From Tubiluchus corallicola (taxonomy: Eukaryota; Animalia; Priapulida), in contig JAQGDQ010000248.1 in the NCBI GenBank assembly GCA_030141605.1, positions 186,001 through 250,000 of the forward strand: 64,000 bases of DNA. Direction: 5' to 3'. The position numbers and the translations under genes were made by a program. The first letter of the stretch is position 1; the number at the start of each line of letters is the position of its first letter. Below, piece after piece: positions 1-60,574 of the stretch. Below the pieces are notes generated by a model. That model saw only the letters and a program-made list of their open reading frames with translations, did not search any database and had not been told where the DNA came from.

Positions 1-90
1 TACACAAAAGCATACTGATAGTACAGTTTACACAACATTTCATGCGGACTATGTTTTAAATGTTTAGTCAATTTTTGTTTGCCTGAAAGA

Positions 91-548
91 CTACTGATTG
101 ACTGCCTGACTAACTAATTGACTGACAGACCGATATGGGTAGCACGCACCTGAGCCACTGGGCTTTTCAAATTTCTTGAGGTAGAGAGCATAATAATCAT
201 GAAAATTTTTCCACTGAGCTTGCACTCTTAACCTAGAAAGATAATTGGTTAACAAAGGCAGGCACAAATGTAGCAAAGAATAAAGAAATAAAGATCCAGA
301 AAATCTTCATACAGTGGACAGCACGGAAAATGTACATTCGGACTAAACACGAGAAAAGACAAAATTTAACAAAGCTGTTAGCTTTTGGCAAGAGTATCTC
401 ACAGAAATTACCTATTTGTAATTTCAAGTGCTTCTGCAATGTCTTTCCATGCGGTCTCCTTTTTATTTAAGTCTTTATATGATGGTGATGCGTAGCCCTA
501 CAGACAAGCACAGCGTTGCACTTCAATTAATGAATTTTCATCCTCCAT
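91..548 (-). pseudogene. MADF (Myb/SANT-like) domain pseudogene, 2 exons (548-412, 232-91)
   Basis: MEDENSLIEVQRCACL*GYASPSYKDLNKKETAWKDIAEALEITN / RLRVQAQWKNFHDYYALYLKKFEKPSGSG fits the MADF pattern (CLWD..YKD..KK..AW..IA..L...WKNLRD.Y). First conserved Trp is TAG (500-498). GT-AG intron 411-233. Confidence 0.7.
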
Positions 549-682
549 TTTGGATAAAACAATGGGACAAAGGTTCACAAAGGTAAATAGAAACAATTTC
601 TATTTCTAAAAAATGCACGAAACTCGCTTAAAGCGCGCTTCTAGTGCAGGTCAACTGGATTAATATAACTAGTTCTTAAAAT

Positions 683-809
683 GTAGCGCGCGTAGCACAT
701 GTCAGAGTAGTGCGTGTAGCACATGTCAGAGTAGCGCGCGTAGCACATGTCAGAGTAGCGCGAAGCACATGTCAGAATAGCGTGCGTAGCACATGTCAGA
801 GTAGCGCGC
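683..809. repeat. 24-bp tandem repeat, ~5.3 copies (GTAGCGCGCGTAGCACATGTCAGA)
   Basis: Directly visible; variants include CG>TG changes. Confidence 0.95.
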
Positions 810-855
810 TTTTGGTGCAGACATGCCTTAACTCTCTACCAATGTTATTATTTAC

Positions 856-24347
<23,492 letters not shown>

Positions 24348-25793
24348 ACAGCGAAAAGTCTGAAACAACTACATTCAAATCATGTGGAATCCTTATGTGA
24401 AATACAGATATAACACACCGGGCACAAAAACAGTTCACATTCAGCACCTGCCATACTCGAAACTAACACAAGCTGTATAAAACTATAAACTCGTTACTGT
24501 TGAGTAACTTCTTCAGTTTAAACACATCAACTCCCGCTAGGCATGCGCACTGCTAATCCTGCAACACTGGCCATCCAGTACGGTCCACAGATGAAAAAGA
24601 ACCAGTTCCTAAAAGTTCCTCCGACTCTAAGAAATGCCAAAGAAGTGAAGCAACGCACGACCTTAGAAATAAACTTGTATAATTATATGAAAGTGATGGT
24701 GCCAGTATAATAAAAATAATTATATAATATTTTTAAATATTCGTAATTTGAAAAGCTTTCTAAGGTTATTACGTGTCTGTCTGACAATGTTGACTCATGC
24801 TACTCAGGTAGGCAACATTAACTTTTCAATGTGCAATTGCATTTCTGTAAAAATTTTCTTCAAAAAAAAAACAAACAAACTAGCGTAAAAGCATTACAAC
24901 ATTAATTGCTAATAACAAGCCCATTAGCAACCTTATTTAGTCAAATACCACTTATGGTCAGCATTTATTTACAATTTAAATAATATCACACTTATCACAA
25001 TAAAACAAAATTACTAAGACAAGATGATTATCACATTATTAATATTAATATTATTGTAACACAAGTCAATGAAACAGTAAATAAAAGAAGTGAACCCATG
25101 ACTAGGAAATACATTGAGCAACCACCAATCGTGCTATTCAGCTACTTATAATAGAAAACATAAATTGGTTTGCATATACTAAAACTTCATCGAAGCAAAA
25201 TTACAAAATAATTACGAGATTCGCAAAACATCAAACACGTTATTGCAAAGATCAAAAATCTATTGCAAAGATCTATTTGTCATAATAGCCTCTTGAGTCT
25301 TTAAAACTGACCAAATTCAGATCCCATATACAGATCGCAATAATCAAAAGCTACATACAGTCTGAGATGTGAAAAGGTTTTGTGTCTGCGGTTTTACGTT
25401 ATTTATTGTTCGCACAAGGGTGGCGTAAGCACGTTCAATGCACCGACTTGTAGTTGGCTGGGGGACACAGTGAAAATTTCCAACGTGGTGCTGAAAGCAG
25501 AAGTGCAACAGTGGAGAGGGCATTTAACATGATACCAAGTTGTGTTTAAAGCAACCACCGAGAAACTTCATCGCTCATGATCATTTGTGAATCCACCCCT
25601 TGTCACTGTGACAGCACTTAGCCCTTGCACATGACATCATGGTCAAAATGTTAATAATCTAATTATAGGAGACTGTTTTTGATTTACACACTTGTAAAAA
25701 CATCAAGTTTTTGTTGCATCTGATGCACATGTAATTCCATGGTACTTGTTAGCACAAATAAGCACTTGAAGTATCATGATGCTGACCGTCTGG

Positions 25794-27044
25794 TCAGGAA
25801 ATTCCACGAAATGCAGATGAATTCAATTTGTCTAAAATTATGTCACAACTAAAAACATCAGAAAAGCATTTTAGGAAAACATGCAAAACTTTATTCACTG
25901 TGACACTTTTCCCCAGTTCAGCAGAAACTGAAGTTACCTCTTTGTCCACTAGTCCACATGGCACAATATGTTTGAACCAGCTTAAATCAGTATCACAGTT
26001 AATAGCTAAACCGTGTGTAGTGACATAGCGACTAGCATGGACACCTAAAGAAGAAATATCAAGGTGATTATAATATTTAACATACAATGTACAAGATCGT
26101 TGCTGATATCAAGCAAACTCATTGTGTAAATGGAAAAAATATATGAGAAAACACTTGGTATTCCAAACTATGAAAATAAATAAACGCAGAAAGAGCAATG
26201 CAAAACAACAACAGCAACTAAGTTGCACAACAATGCAGCAGACCAATCAGCAACATCACAAACAGCATCAAAACACTCAGCTGTTGTTTACTATACACCG
26301 TTTGCCAAACAAAGCCAAAAAACTCCAAATAAGAACATAAAAAAATTATGTGTTTGAGCCCATTTAATCACAAGAATCCATAGACTGTTCAGGCCCACAC
26401 AAGCAATGATAGATGTGCATGTGCTGATCAAAGATGATACCAGAGAATGATGAGCGAAACAACCCGAAGTTTGGCTGAAAATATCTGAAGGAGTCTGCAG
26501 ACATATTATCTGCAGGGAGACTGGACATTTTAGACATCATGCTATTATTGAAGCAAACATTATATCACAAAAGCAGAAAAATGGTAAACAAACATTTACC
26601 GATTGCAGCTATTTTTCTATCCTCCACCCAAACACCAACATCTTTTGTTGTAGTGGCTTCAATTCCAAAACAATGACATGTGTTCACTATTGTTGTTTCT
26701 ACAGCAGAAATATAGCCTTTTATTCTGAGCTTAAAATCTTTTAAGTTAATAACAGGATATGCAACCAGCTGCCCTGGGCCATGGTATGTTATTAATCCAC
26801 CACGATCAGTGACACAAAAGTCAGCTCCAAGGCTTCGCAATCTTTTTTCATCTTCTGGCGTATAAGTTTTGTTGCGAACACCGACAGTGTACACATGATT
26901 ATGTTCCACAGCCAATATACAATTATGGTTTTCTCCAGAGCTTTGATTGTCCATGTGTTTCCTAAATGCCATTGCCTGAACATTTATTGCATTCTGGTAA
27001 GACATTCGACCAAGGTTGAACACAGTTACAGGGAGTCTTCCCAT
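25794..27044 (-). CDS. LIPT2: Lipoyl(octanoyl) transferase 2 (LipB family), 231 aa, exons 27044-26600 and 26044-25794
   Basis: RGGLITYHGPGQLVAYP, RKIAAIG|VH, THGLAINC, IVPCGL (catalytic Lys and Cys); phase-1 GT-AG intron. Acceptor at 27072 suggests an upstream UTR exon. Confidence 0.93.
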
Positions 27045-28099
27045 GATATTTACATTACCACCATATTGAATCTGCAAAGATTTAAGAATCTTAAGTTGTA
27101 CAGAATAAAATTTCATGGCAATATTATAGTATTAAAATGGCAAACATAGATTTTATAATTCATAGGTTTTCTAGGCTTCTGTTGATTAGCAATAAAAATA
27201 CTTTTTGGGTGTCTATTTTGAAAAATATAATGAAAATAGGCCTTGTATCCAAAAACACCATCTTAACTATATAGCTTAGTTAGAAATCTATGACTTTTCA
27301 ACTTCATAGCAATTGTACAGTAGTGCGACAGTATTAACTCAAGGTTACGTGTCGCTTACATACCAAGCTAGCACCAAGCATTGATTTGTACAAGTATATA
27401 TCAGTGGATTATAAAACAGAAAGAGGAACTGATGATATGAGTATAGAAAACCGTAGTAAGCAAATAGAACATATCAACGGAGGTGGCATAACAGAAATGG
27501 TCAGAGAAGAATATAAGAAAATCACAGACTATTAGTGTTTGAAACAATGGTTATGCCTGCTTTATTAACAAATGTGGAGGTATGGGAAAGACTGAGTGAA
27601 AGTGGCAAAACAATGAATAGTGACAGAAGACAAGAAGTAATTATATGTTACTGTCCAACATGTTGATTTGTGGAATTTGGTTAGTGAAACAACATGTTCG
27701 CTATAAGCGGTTACTATAGCTAAGAGTAAGACTAAGAGTAAGAAACAGAAATGTAAAGAAAGGTTTAGTAAGTACGGAAAAGGAGAAAATATTAGGTAGT
27801 TGAGCAGACAACACAGAAAAATTAGGGAATATTATTTTTTATACAATTTGAATATCCCTGAAAATAATTTAAAACAAAAGAAAACAGTTGGAAAAAGAGA
27901 ACTGAGGAAAGCAATAGACATACTGGGTGGTAAATAACTTTTTGCTAGAAGGGCACAAAAACAAAAACAATATGGCACACAACAAAAAAATATCACACCA
28001 TAATATTGCTGAAACAGTAGAGAACCTACAATGGTTCCAATATTTATTGTCAAAGCCTTGTGCATCTCGCACAGCCTGTAATCTATTTACAGCGAATCG

Positions 28100-28680
28100 A
28101 AACACTCAATAAATATCTTACAGCTGTTTCACACATTTGTCTGTTTAATACTAATCATAGTAAAGTAATTTTCCAGCTGTTTTGATAGTCTATATGCTTT
28201 ACATTTTTCCAAAAGCAGACTATATGGCAAGTAGTCAAAAACCTTGAGCAAGTTTATTAAAGTAGCACCAATAATATTTGTTCTCCCGGTCTTCAGTTAC
28301 TCTTAGGAGTAAGGACTCGAAACCAAATATTTTTCTAAAAGCCAATATCAAAAATATCATTAAAATAACTAGTCATTTAGTCTGCAATGATGCTTCCAAA
28401 AACTGCCGAGGTAGAAGGAAGTATACTTACAGACATTTAATTTAGTTTATCCATATTATGTTCCTTTTTATAAACTAATGACTCATCAGTATATTTCAGT
28501 TCTTGTCAAAACTGAGAAATTTTGATAGACTTTCCAATCAGATTTTTTGAGGGATGCAGCTTAAGCTTCAGCAGGATAAATAAGTTTCAGATTTTGGCTG
28601 GTCATGGCAAATTACCTTAGAGACATTTAGCTTTTTATAAACATCTTTGTGGGTAACCAGCCTGAAATTAAAACAATTTG
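28100..28680 (-). mobile_element. Decayed CR1-group LINE reverse transcriptase fragment
   Basis: Minus-strand remnants SVSILPSTSAVF (NYRPVSILP motif) and LKVFDYLPYSLLLEKCKAY (LSKAFD.LPH motif); many stops. Confidence 0.6.
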
Positions 28681-28769
28681 CTCTGACTACATTGTTTCTA
28701 TTAAATGGTAACTGAGTGGTCATTATAGCTCAATAGAAGTCATTCACCGAAAATTTAATTAATGATGCC

Positions 28770-30180
28770 GTTTCTCATCTCAAAGATGACTCAGCAATGG
28801 GATCCGACCAGTTTCATCCCTTTGCAATAAAGCAGCTTAAGACAATGCTAGCAACTCCGCTTAAGATGATATTTAAAAAATCACTCGATGAAGGGAAAGT
28901 ACCTTGCCCATGGAAAAATGAGAAAGAAACCTAAAAACAAATTACCGACCAATCAGTTTAACATCAGTGATTTGCAAACTACTGGAAAGAATTACCAAGA
29001 AACGTTTAGTTTCCCAGAATCTTCTTAGTGATTGTGTTACAGTATGGATTCATCAAAGGTAGCTCATGTATACTAAACTTGTTGGATGCTTTAACTGACT
29101 GGCAACATTCAATTGAACAAGATTGGGATGTAGATGTGATATATTATGATTTTCAGAAAGCATTTGACAAGGTTCCCCACAAGAAACTTCTTTTGAAACT
29201 GCAGGCTTACAGAATATCTGGTAACATTTTAGCATGGATTCAAGAGTTTTTAACAAATCGTTAGCAGTGTGTAATAATCAAATGTAGTAAGTCGTCCGAT
29301 GTTGCTGTAAAGAGTGGCGTACCACAGGGCAGTGTGCTCGGACCCTTAATTATTTCTTACCTATGCTAATGACCTACCAGACAAATTAACATCAACAGTC
29401 AAAATGTTTGCCGATGACATGAAGATATACAAAAGTGTAAAGTCAACTTATGATCGTATGACACTGCATTGTGATATATCGGTCATGGATGCATGGTCCA
29501 GAGAATGCTAAATGTCATAATTAACACAGATAAATGCAAAACATCTAGGGAACAACCATGACAAATTTAACTATTCCATGAGTGATAGGTCAGGCGGGCA
29601 GAGAATCATAACGCAAATTGAGTGTCAAAAGGATCTTGGGGTATATGTGGATAGCAAGCTGACATTGAGCCAATATATTGATGAAGTCACCAAGAAAGAA
29701 GCAAGAGGCTAATTAGAAGAACTTTCAGTTTCCTAGATATGCCAATGTTTCTGATTCTATACAAAACATTTCTCCGTCCTATCCTTGACTACAGAGATGT
29801 CATATGGAATCCATCTAGGCTGAACGCAATAAAAAAAGTGGAATCTGTCCAACGTAGAGCTACAAAATTAATTCCTGCCATAAGTCATCAGACGTATTCA
29901 GAACGGATGAAAAATTTGAAACTCCTCTCATTGAGATTTCGAAGGAAGAGAGGCGATTTGATCCTGCGGTTTCGTATGAAGAACAATCTGACTAAACTAC
30001 AGCCTGGTCATTATTTTGCTAATAATCTCTGAGGTACTGGATATAAAGTTATTAAGCCCAGATGCACAAACAGGAATAGGTTTATGTTTAAGACTATCAG
30101 TGATTGGAAATCATTAAATACTAAGGTATGGTGTGCCACTAATGCTTCACACTTTAGGACACAACTCAATCAGTATTATA
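28770..30180 (+). mobile_element. Decayed CR1/L2-group LINE ORF2 (RT and C-terminus)
   Basis: NYRPISLTS, DVIYYDFQKAFDKVPH, SGVPQGSVLGP, FADDMKIY, KDLGVYVDSKL, VESVQRRATK, RRKRGDLI; stops and frameshifts. Confidence 0.9.
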
Positions 30181-33100
30181 AAACCATTTTGAAATGTATC
30201 ACGACCCATTTCAGCCTGCATGGACCCTATTGACGGAGAATTAAAGACTCATACCTGGCTATACACCACAATGGCATAGTATTAACAGTTACAGCGTTTA
30301 ACCAGATCCACAACGTTATGTATACAATTAAGTATTGCAGCCATGGGCAAAAATCTATTAACTTTGCCCTGATCATCGAAGGTAAAAATTATGCTCCCCT
30401 TTATACTGCACAGGGTATATATTGTATTAAGGAAGGAAAAATTGTCCTGAGCAAAATTATGGAAAAAACGTTGGCTGTTAGTAATGGAAAAATAATGGAA
30501 TAGATACTACTTTAAATGGTTTACAGGACAGTCGAGTGGAGGACTATATCCCGTCCCGTTAAAAAAGGGTATGGGACATAGATAGAAGATGATAAACATG
30601 CTTTGTATATGTACAAATTATACAGGCACACACGTACTACGTATGACATGTAGTACGTATGTACATAAACGTCAATTCAATTTTCAAAGACAGAATACCA
30701 TTCCAGGCATGTGACGTAAGTAAAATATTTCTACATGATAAAATTTTACAAGCTTACTCAGCTATTGTAGTTATTATTCATTATTTTCTAGGACAATGAA
30801 AAGTCCACATAAGGCAGGAGGCCACTAAAAATCACTGCAGTTTCCTCGATATTATCAATGTCAAATCTCTTAGTAACGAACACAGAAAATTACTTTGTAG
30901 TTGTACATTTTCTTCGTTCATCATTCATTAGCGCGCAGACATGTTAATAAGATGGTAAATTCTGTCCCCATTTGTCTCCGCTTTTTGCAACAAATTTAAT
31001 GTGCCTTTCCTTACCACTTGATCAAAAGTAAGACTTGCCATCATAGTAGTTTTTTTAAGAAATTAAAAAAATGCGAGAAAATTAACATGGTGACCTAGTG
31101 AAGGAGCCCTCGAAATAAATGAATAAAATTATTAAAATAAACAATTAAAATAAAATAATTAAAATTAGATGTTAAAAGTTTAACATGATAGTGGAAAGGA
31201 AAAAAGAAAAGAAATAGAAGTTGTTGATAATAAAAAGTGTTACTAATAACTTGTGCTAAAAATAAACACAAAATCCTCCAATAAATCAAACTTCAAAAAA
31301 TATCAAAAATAAAGTAATTGGACGAACATATTCAAGTGACTATTGTGGAGAACTATCATGTCAAGTGTATTTGTTTTTTATGATTTTTGATTTATCAGTT
31401 TACTCAGTTTTATATCAGATTAAGTTTTTTATTTGTTTGCTTATTTCACACGTTATCTCTAAGGGTTAAGTCTAAAAAGTCATTTTAATCCTGCTAAAAA
31501 ATGAATTTAGTTTTCAGTTTTGTCGTCAGATCTACATGTAATTCATAGCTGTGAAAAATAAAAGGAGCAGCTAAAAGATAAATATACTATGACAGACAGT
31601 ATCTATTGCAATCTAAATTAATATATTAGTAAATTATTATGACAATTAGACATCACATCACGAGTTAGCAGAACAATATTTGGAATTTTTATATGCAAAT
31701 ATGTAACATTTTAGTTAATTTCTGACAGCAGTGGTCAAGGGATCACGTTTTGTCACTTTTGTGCTCTAACTGCAAAAAATTAACTAAGTAATGCTGAAAC
31801 TAGTCAGTAAATTTTGGGTTGCCAGTGTGTAAAAGAAGCACTCTGTAAAAGAAGGCTACATTATATAATTCCCATCCAGCATTACTTATAGCTGCATACA
31901 TGTTAACACGACATAAAGCTTTTTTTCCTAGCAGGAACAGTTAATTGAAAAAACTCATTTATTTTTTATGCCAAAGCATCCCATTTAGATTCGCTCTTTA
32001 TTAAATCTTTATTCCTGGTGTGAGCATTATTACGGCAGACAAAGGGCAATTAATCATCGCGCACCCTTACTCAATTGTTCGTGTTGCCAGACAGTCCCAG
32101 TCACTTTCATAGATCGGCGATTTAGCGATTCTGTTTCATAGATCGCCATAGGGTGACATAGATCAAACAAATGGAGGGTAAGCACTATATATTTCTTTAC
32201 AATTCTATTTTCCATGATTTTTACATTGAAGTAAATGTTAGTGGAAATCGCGAGTAATATTATTTCAAGGTTAAGAAGAGGAAAGGATCTTAGTCTCCTG
32301 ACCAAATTGGAAAGGCTTAAATGTGGAGTTTTTTCATTACAAAATCCGAAAATGATCAATGTTTAATTCATTCCAGCCCCAATCTTAAAGTGCTCTTCAC
32401 ATACTTGTTGTCTCTAGCAGTCTTGCTGCTATTCAGCAGCAGTACAGATTCTATTATACCTGTTATATGCTTCACAATATTACACAACTGAATTTTTTTT
32501 AAATATCAAACTACAATTTGCCATAAATGATTTGTTCAAATGAGCAAGTTTAAATTTTGCAAAAATGAGATTTTATTCTGTTTGACCGAAATTTTTTCAT
32601 CAGCTGTATTCTGTTGTGTGAGCATGCTATACCACACAGCAATTGTGGAAGATAACACTATCAAAACAAAGCCCTATATGACAGACCTGCAAAAAAGTGC
32701 GTGTTTCGATGGGTTACTCACCAAATTAACCCTTTCCCTGCAACATGTACAACACAAATACAAAGACAGAATTTTTGTTTGCCGATAACAATTAAGCTCA
32801 AACCAACCTTATTTGCCATATTTCTAACAACTTATACTGATTGCGTCACAATGAGCATTCTGTATTACGAAAATCAAGGCGGTAAAACACAGGGTCTTTA
32901 TCAAAATTTAAAGTTCAGACACTGCTTACAACTTGACAAAGCTTTAATTACAATAGAAAGTTTGCTTTCTTACTTTTACTGTAAAAACATTATTTTTTTT
33001 ACACCTTCAATGAATTCAAAGTACTTCAATTCCCCTTTAATATTCGCTTTTGGTTGGTCTCAATTACTTCACTGAATATGAGTAATTATCTCGTTGAGGC

Positions 33101-33890
33101 AGGATGTATTCACATTTGAAGATGGCTAATATACTTTTGCCACTTCAACTTATAGGGTTAGTATTCATAATCGAGCCACTTTCTTACCACCATATGTTCC
33201 AACTATAAGGACGCCCTGGCACGGCATAAATACTAGATTTCAACTTGGTAACGTATTAGATAAGCATGGAATAAACCCATGATTGTTACATCAAATTTGA
33301 CTGAACAAAAAAGCGTGAAGACAATACTAAGCCAGAATTTGAACAGTTATAGTTTAAACGCTGTCATTGTAAAGAGAAGAATGAATGCCTTTGAGTTACA
33401 AGTACATAATGTACATTGTGTTGCTGATTTGGTTTTTGTTTTTAAATAAAACGTTTAATGCTTGCTGAAAATGCGAAATGATCGCTTTAAAATTCGGATT
33501 AACCCAAATAATTAATAACTGGCCTACAGATAGTGTGGGCGTGTGTGATAGTAAACGAAATCAAAGCACAGCGAATAACTGTCAACGACTCAAAGCTTAT
33601 GTTTACTGAAGTTGAACGGTAAGGTCACGTGATAAGATTGCATTATTTACAGATGTATGGCCGCTTCTTTTAAAATATATAATAAATATTTTCTGCGTGG
33701 TTTTTCAATTTTTAGTATCACTGAGTAACTTATTGTGGCATAACTGGTTTTAATCGCGTTCAATGGTAGTTGTACATATTACTTATTGTAATAAAATAGA
33801 AATCCTGACTTGACAGCAGTTGAACTGCTCCTGTGGCGAGCTATTCCAGTACAATCATGATCATTGATCAGTATGAATTGAATAATGCAG

Positions 33891-33930
33891 TGTGTTACAA
33901 ATAGAAATATTGTTTAAGAATTTTAACTAG
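33891..33930 (+). other. Candidate non-coding 5' exon of ECT2
   Basis: tgcAG| ... TAG|GTGAGT; splice-site match only. Confidence 0.25.
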
Positions 33931-35109
33931 GTGAGTGACTCTGTCTAGTTTAATAACATTTATTGTTAAAATGTATCATCATGTGACAGTAGATTTACCC
34001 TGTCGGCTTGACAAAGTAGTGTTCAGTAAATACTAGCAGAAAGCTGAAGTACGTTTTGATGATGCAATTGACAATGCTAAACAACGTGGTCATCAGACTT
34101 TGTTATGTTAATCGCTTAAATGCTGCTCATAATTCTTGTGAGATGTGGAAGATCTTTAAATCGCACGCAAAAAGAATTTCAGAATTAGAATTAATTGCTA
34201 GATTCACCATGAGCATACAATGATAATTTACACAGAGAGCATTAAATGAACGCAAATTTTACACAGAAAAAACATTAATATATAATTTTTGTTGAGACTG
34301 CTGGTATGCCTCTGGACAACACCAGGAAGAAAATCTTGTGTTGGTGCTGCCCAGATTAATGGTAAATTTGAAAGTTGAGAAACAAAAACAGAAGTGCATT
34401 AAAGGATCTCTCTCACACTCACTCACTCTCACACATTCACTCACACACACAACACACACACACACTCTTCCTAGAATGAGGACAAAGTGCAAAACGTAGA
34501 AATTCGGCATGTTGATGAGGAATACATGAACGACACATATTAGTACGGATGATGTTATGACGACAATTAAGTTATGATAATATTTCCAAAGCATAAATAT
34601 ATCCAAAATAAGAATAAAATAAAAAAGGCACAATTGTTTGCTAATTATATTACATAGTTTTATAGGGATGAATTGACAGTTGTGAATATTTGCATGTACA
34701 TGCTGTGAAGTAATGTTGGTATATACGTTATACATCCACACATTTAAAGTGATCATTCAAAATATGTTTGATTTAAGATTTTTCTTTAGTTTATGAATTG
34801 ATACAGAGGTTTTAATGGATTCAGGTAATTTATTCCAAATTACCTAGCAATACTGTTCTTCATCAATACAGTACAGCTAGCAATACTTAAATTCTCTAGC
34901 AATACTGTTCTTTCTCTTTTTTATGGTAATAACTCCCCTATTTTGATGAAGGTAAGAAATGTGATATTCTTCAAAGTTATTTTTTGATATAAAGCATATC
35001 TGCCAAAGAAATTTTGTTGATAATTTCAAGAGAGGTGTAGAAGAACAGCTAGCATCCATAGATGCTTGTCCAGTTACATCAAGGTCTAGTACGGGTAGTC
35101 CTTTTACAA

Positions 35110-36760
35110 TATTAGAAGTGTCTAAAGCAATCAGCTACTTGAAGGCAAGGAAATCACCTGGTTCTGATGAATATCCTCTTGAGTTATTAGTACACTATAG
35201 GAGCAATTTGAAATAGGCATTACTTAAGATTTTCAACAAGTCCTGGACCAAGGGAACTTTAGCGGCAGATTGGACATACGCGAATGTTAACAAGGCAAGG
35301 ATTACTATTATATGTCCTCTTCTTATCGTCCTGTTAGCTTGACATCATTAATCTGTAAAATTATAGAAAGATTAGAACATTTTAGTTTAAATAAGGCCAT
35401 TCATATGTACATTATTATTGATCCTCAACAAAATGGTTTTAGGAAGTTCCGTTCAGCAACCCTCTCTATTTTACGACTTGTACAAAGTATATTTGATACT
35501 TCAATAGTGGTAATAAAACAGTTGGTTGTTTCTTGGATTTGGAAAAGGCTTATGACTGTGTATGGCAAGATGGACTTTTAATCAAGCTATATGATGCTCA
35601 TATAACTGGTAGATTATGGTTGTGGATTAAACTTTTTTTAGAAAACAGACGTGATACAGGTCTGGTTTTGGTTATTATGGACCTGAGTTTCTTTTTTCTA
35701 TGGGATTACCACTAGGGAGTGTTGTTTCACCAACTGTATTTAACATTTCCATACCTGAGATGTTCAAGTCTATACAGGGAAATCACTGCAAATATGCAGA
35801 TGATGGTACTTTGTGGCACACTGGTCCGGATGTCATCAGCCTAGCTTCATTAGTTTGCTTTGACGTCGAACATTTTATTAATTGGTGTTCATTATGGCGT
35901 ATGTAAATTTTTCAAAGTATGTAAGAAATGAAAGGTATTGCTAATATTTCTACAGTATATCTACTGAGTATTTATGAATCACTTTTTCGTTCATTAATGG
36001 AATATAGTGTTATCATCTGGCAAGTTGCAGTTCCTAAAGATCTGGCTATGTCAGAGGCTGTATAACGCAAGGCTTTTTCTTTATGTCTGCTCCTTCATTC
36101 TACTTCTAGTGTTGAAGTAATGGAGGTTGCTAGTGGTGTACCTTCACTGGATCTACGGTTTTCTGAGCTTGCAAAAATTGAATCTAAGCCACTCTCTAAT
36201 CCTCTGAAACAACAACTAGAACTTAGAACAAGTGGTATGGGTAATATCAAGTTTGTTTCTCCTATGGCAAAAACTTTTTCTCTAGCATGTGAAGTTGTTA
36301 AGAATGGAAACGTTATAATCTCTCAGTTGGTTCCGCATGTTGATTCCAATCTGAATGACAATTTTACAGATAGTCCTGTGGCTAAACCTAAGTATTGGGA
36401 TGTACTAGGATCCTCAAAGAATAGGTCAGAAGCACAGCAACAACTTGGGAAATCCTTTGTGTTGAATTCTTTATCCAGTCTTCCAGATAATACTGGTTTT
36501 GCATTTACTGATGGTTCTTGTATTGACAACCCTGGTCCATGTGGAGCAGGATCAGTAATTTACTCACATTTTCAGGAATTTCAACAATTCAGTAAATTAA
36601 TAGCATTGCATGGATCCAACTTGTTAGCTGAACTCTTCACGTTATTTGCTGTTTTACACTTAAAGAGCAGAACAGTTAATCTTTATAGATACAGATGTTA
36701 GAAATCTAACAGTTTTTTCAGTGTTCAGTAGACATTGTATCTTTAGGATGGACTTGTAAC
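35110..36760 (+). mobile_element. Decayed non-LTR retrotransposon with RT and RNase H (I-group-like)
   Basis: KSPGSD, YRPVSLTSLICK, QNGFRK, DLEKAYD, GLPLGSVVSP, YADDGTLW, RNase H AFTDGS..GAG; frameshifts. Confidence 0.85.
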
Positions 36761-37169
36761 TGTTACAAAGATTTATGTGATAGTAAAAAAATTATGTTAA
36801 TTTTTTTTCTAGCATTCCTGTTAATTTAAATTGTTCTATGTATCTTATTGTGCTGTCACGTTACCATTGAAAAGTGGCTGTGTAACAGAGTAGCGCTAGA
36901 TACTCTAACTAACAATTATGAATTTTGAACAGATGAACGTTAAAAGAAGGTTGCCTGATGATTATGTTTCTGCTAGATCAAATTGTTGTACTCGTGCTTC
37001 GTTTCTTAATCACTATGTTCTAACAAAAACCCCGTTTGTTAAAAAATGGTGTGACGTTTTTGCTTACATTGAAGCTGTTATGATTTAGAAACTGATGGGG
37101 CTAAAGTGTTTAAAATAATTTTGTTTGTTTAGACTAGGATTTTATTTGCTGACCTTCTAAGGTTCAAAT

Positions 37170-60574
<23,405 letters not shown>

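Larger units (their letters stand above)
91..830 (-). mobile_element. Degenerate PIF/Harbinger-type element end (TAA target, TIR-like end, subterminal repeats, MADF gene) in an ABCC intron
   Basis: Minus strand reads TAA|GGCATGTCTGCACC (TTA at 828-830 on plus), then 24-bp repeats, then a MADF/Myb-like ORF. Other end not seen. Confidence 0.55.

Noticed and set aside
25794-27116. Bacterial lipB horizontal transfer, or the longer N-terminus from 27116
   Set aside because: Has a spliceosomal intron and ordinary LIPT2 length; the upstream extension crosses a likely splice acceptor at 27072.
27400-27830. Further LINE remnants (VFETMVMPALLTNVEVWE; similar hints at 48250-48480 and 50900-51400)
   Set aside because: Too degraded to classify or bound without an alignment.
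34259-34756. 165-aa hydrophobic minus-strand ORF
   Set aside because: Low-complexity AT-rich and (CA)n-derived composition; no motif.
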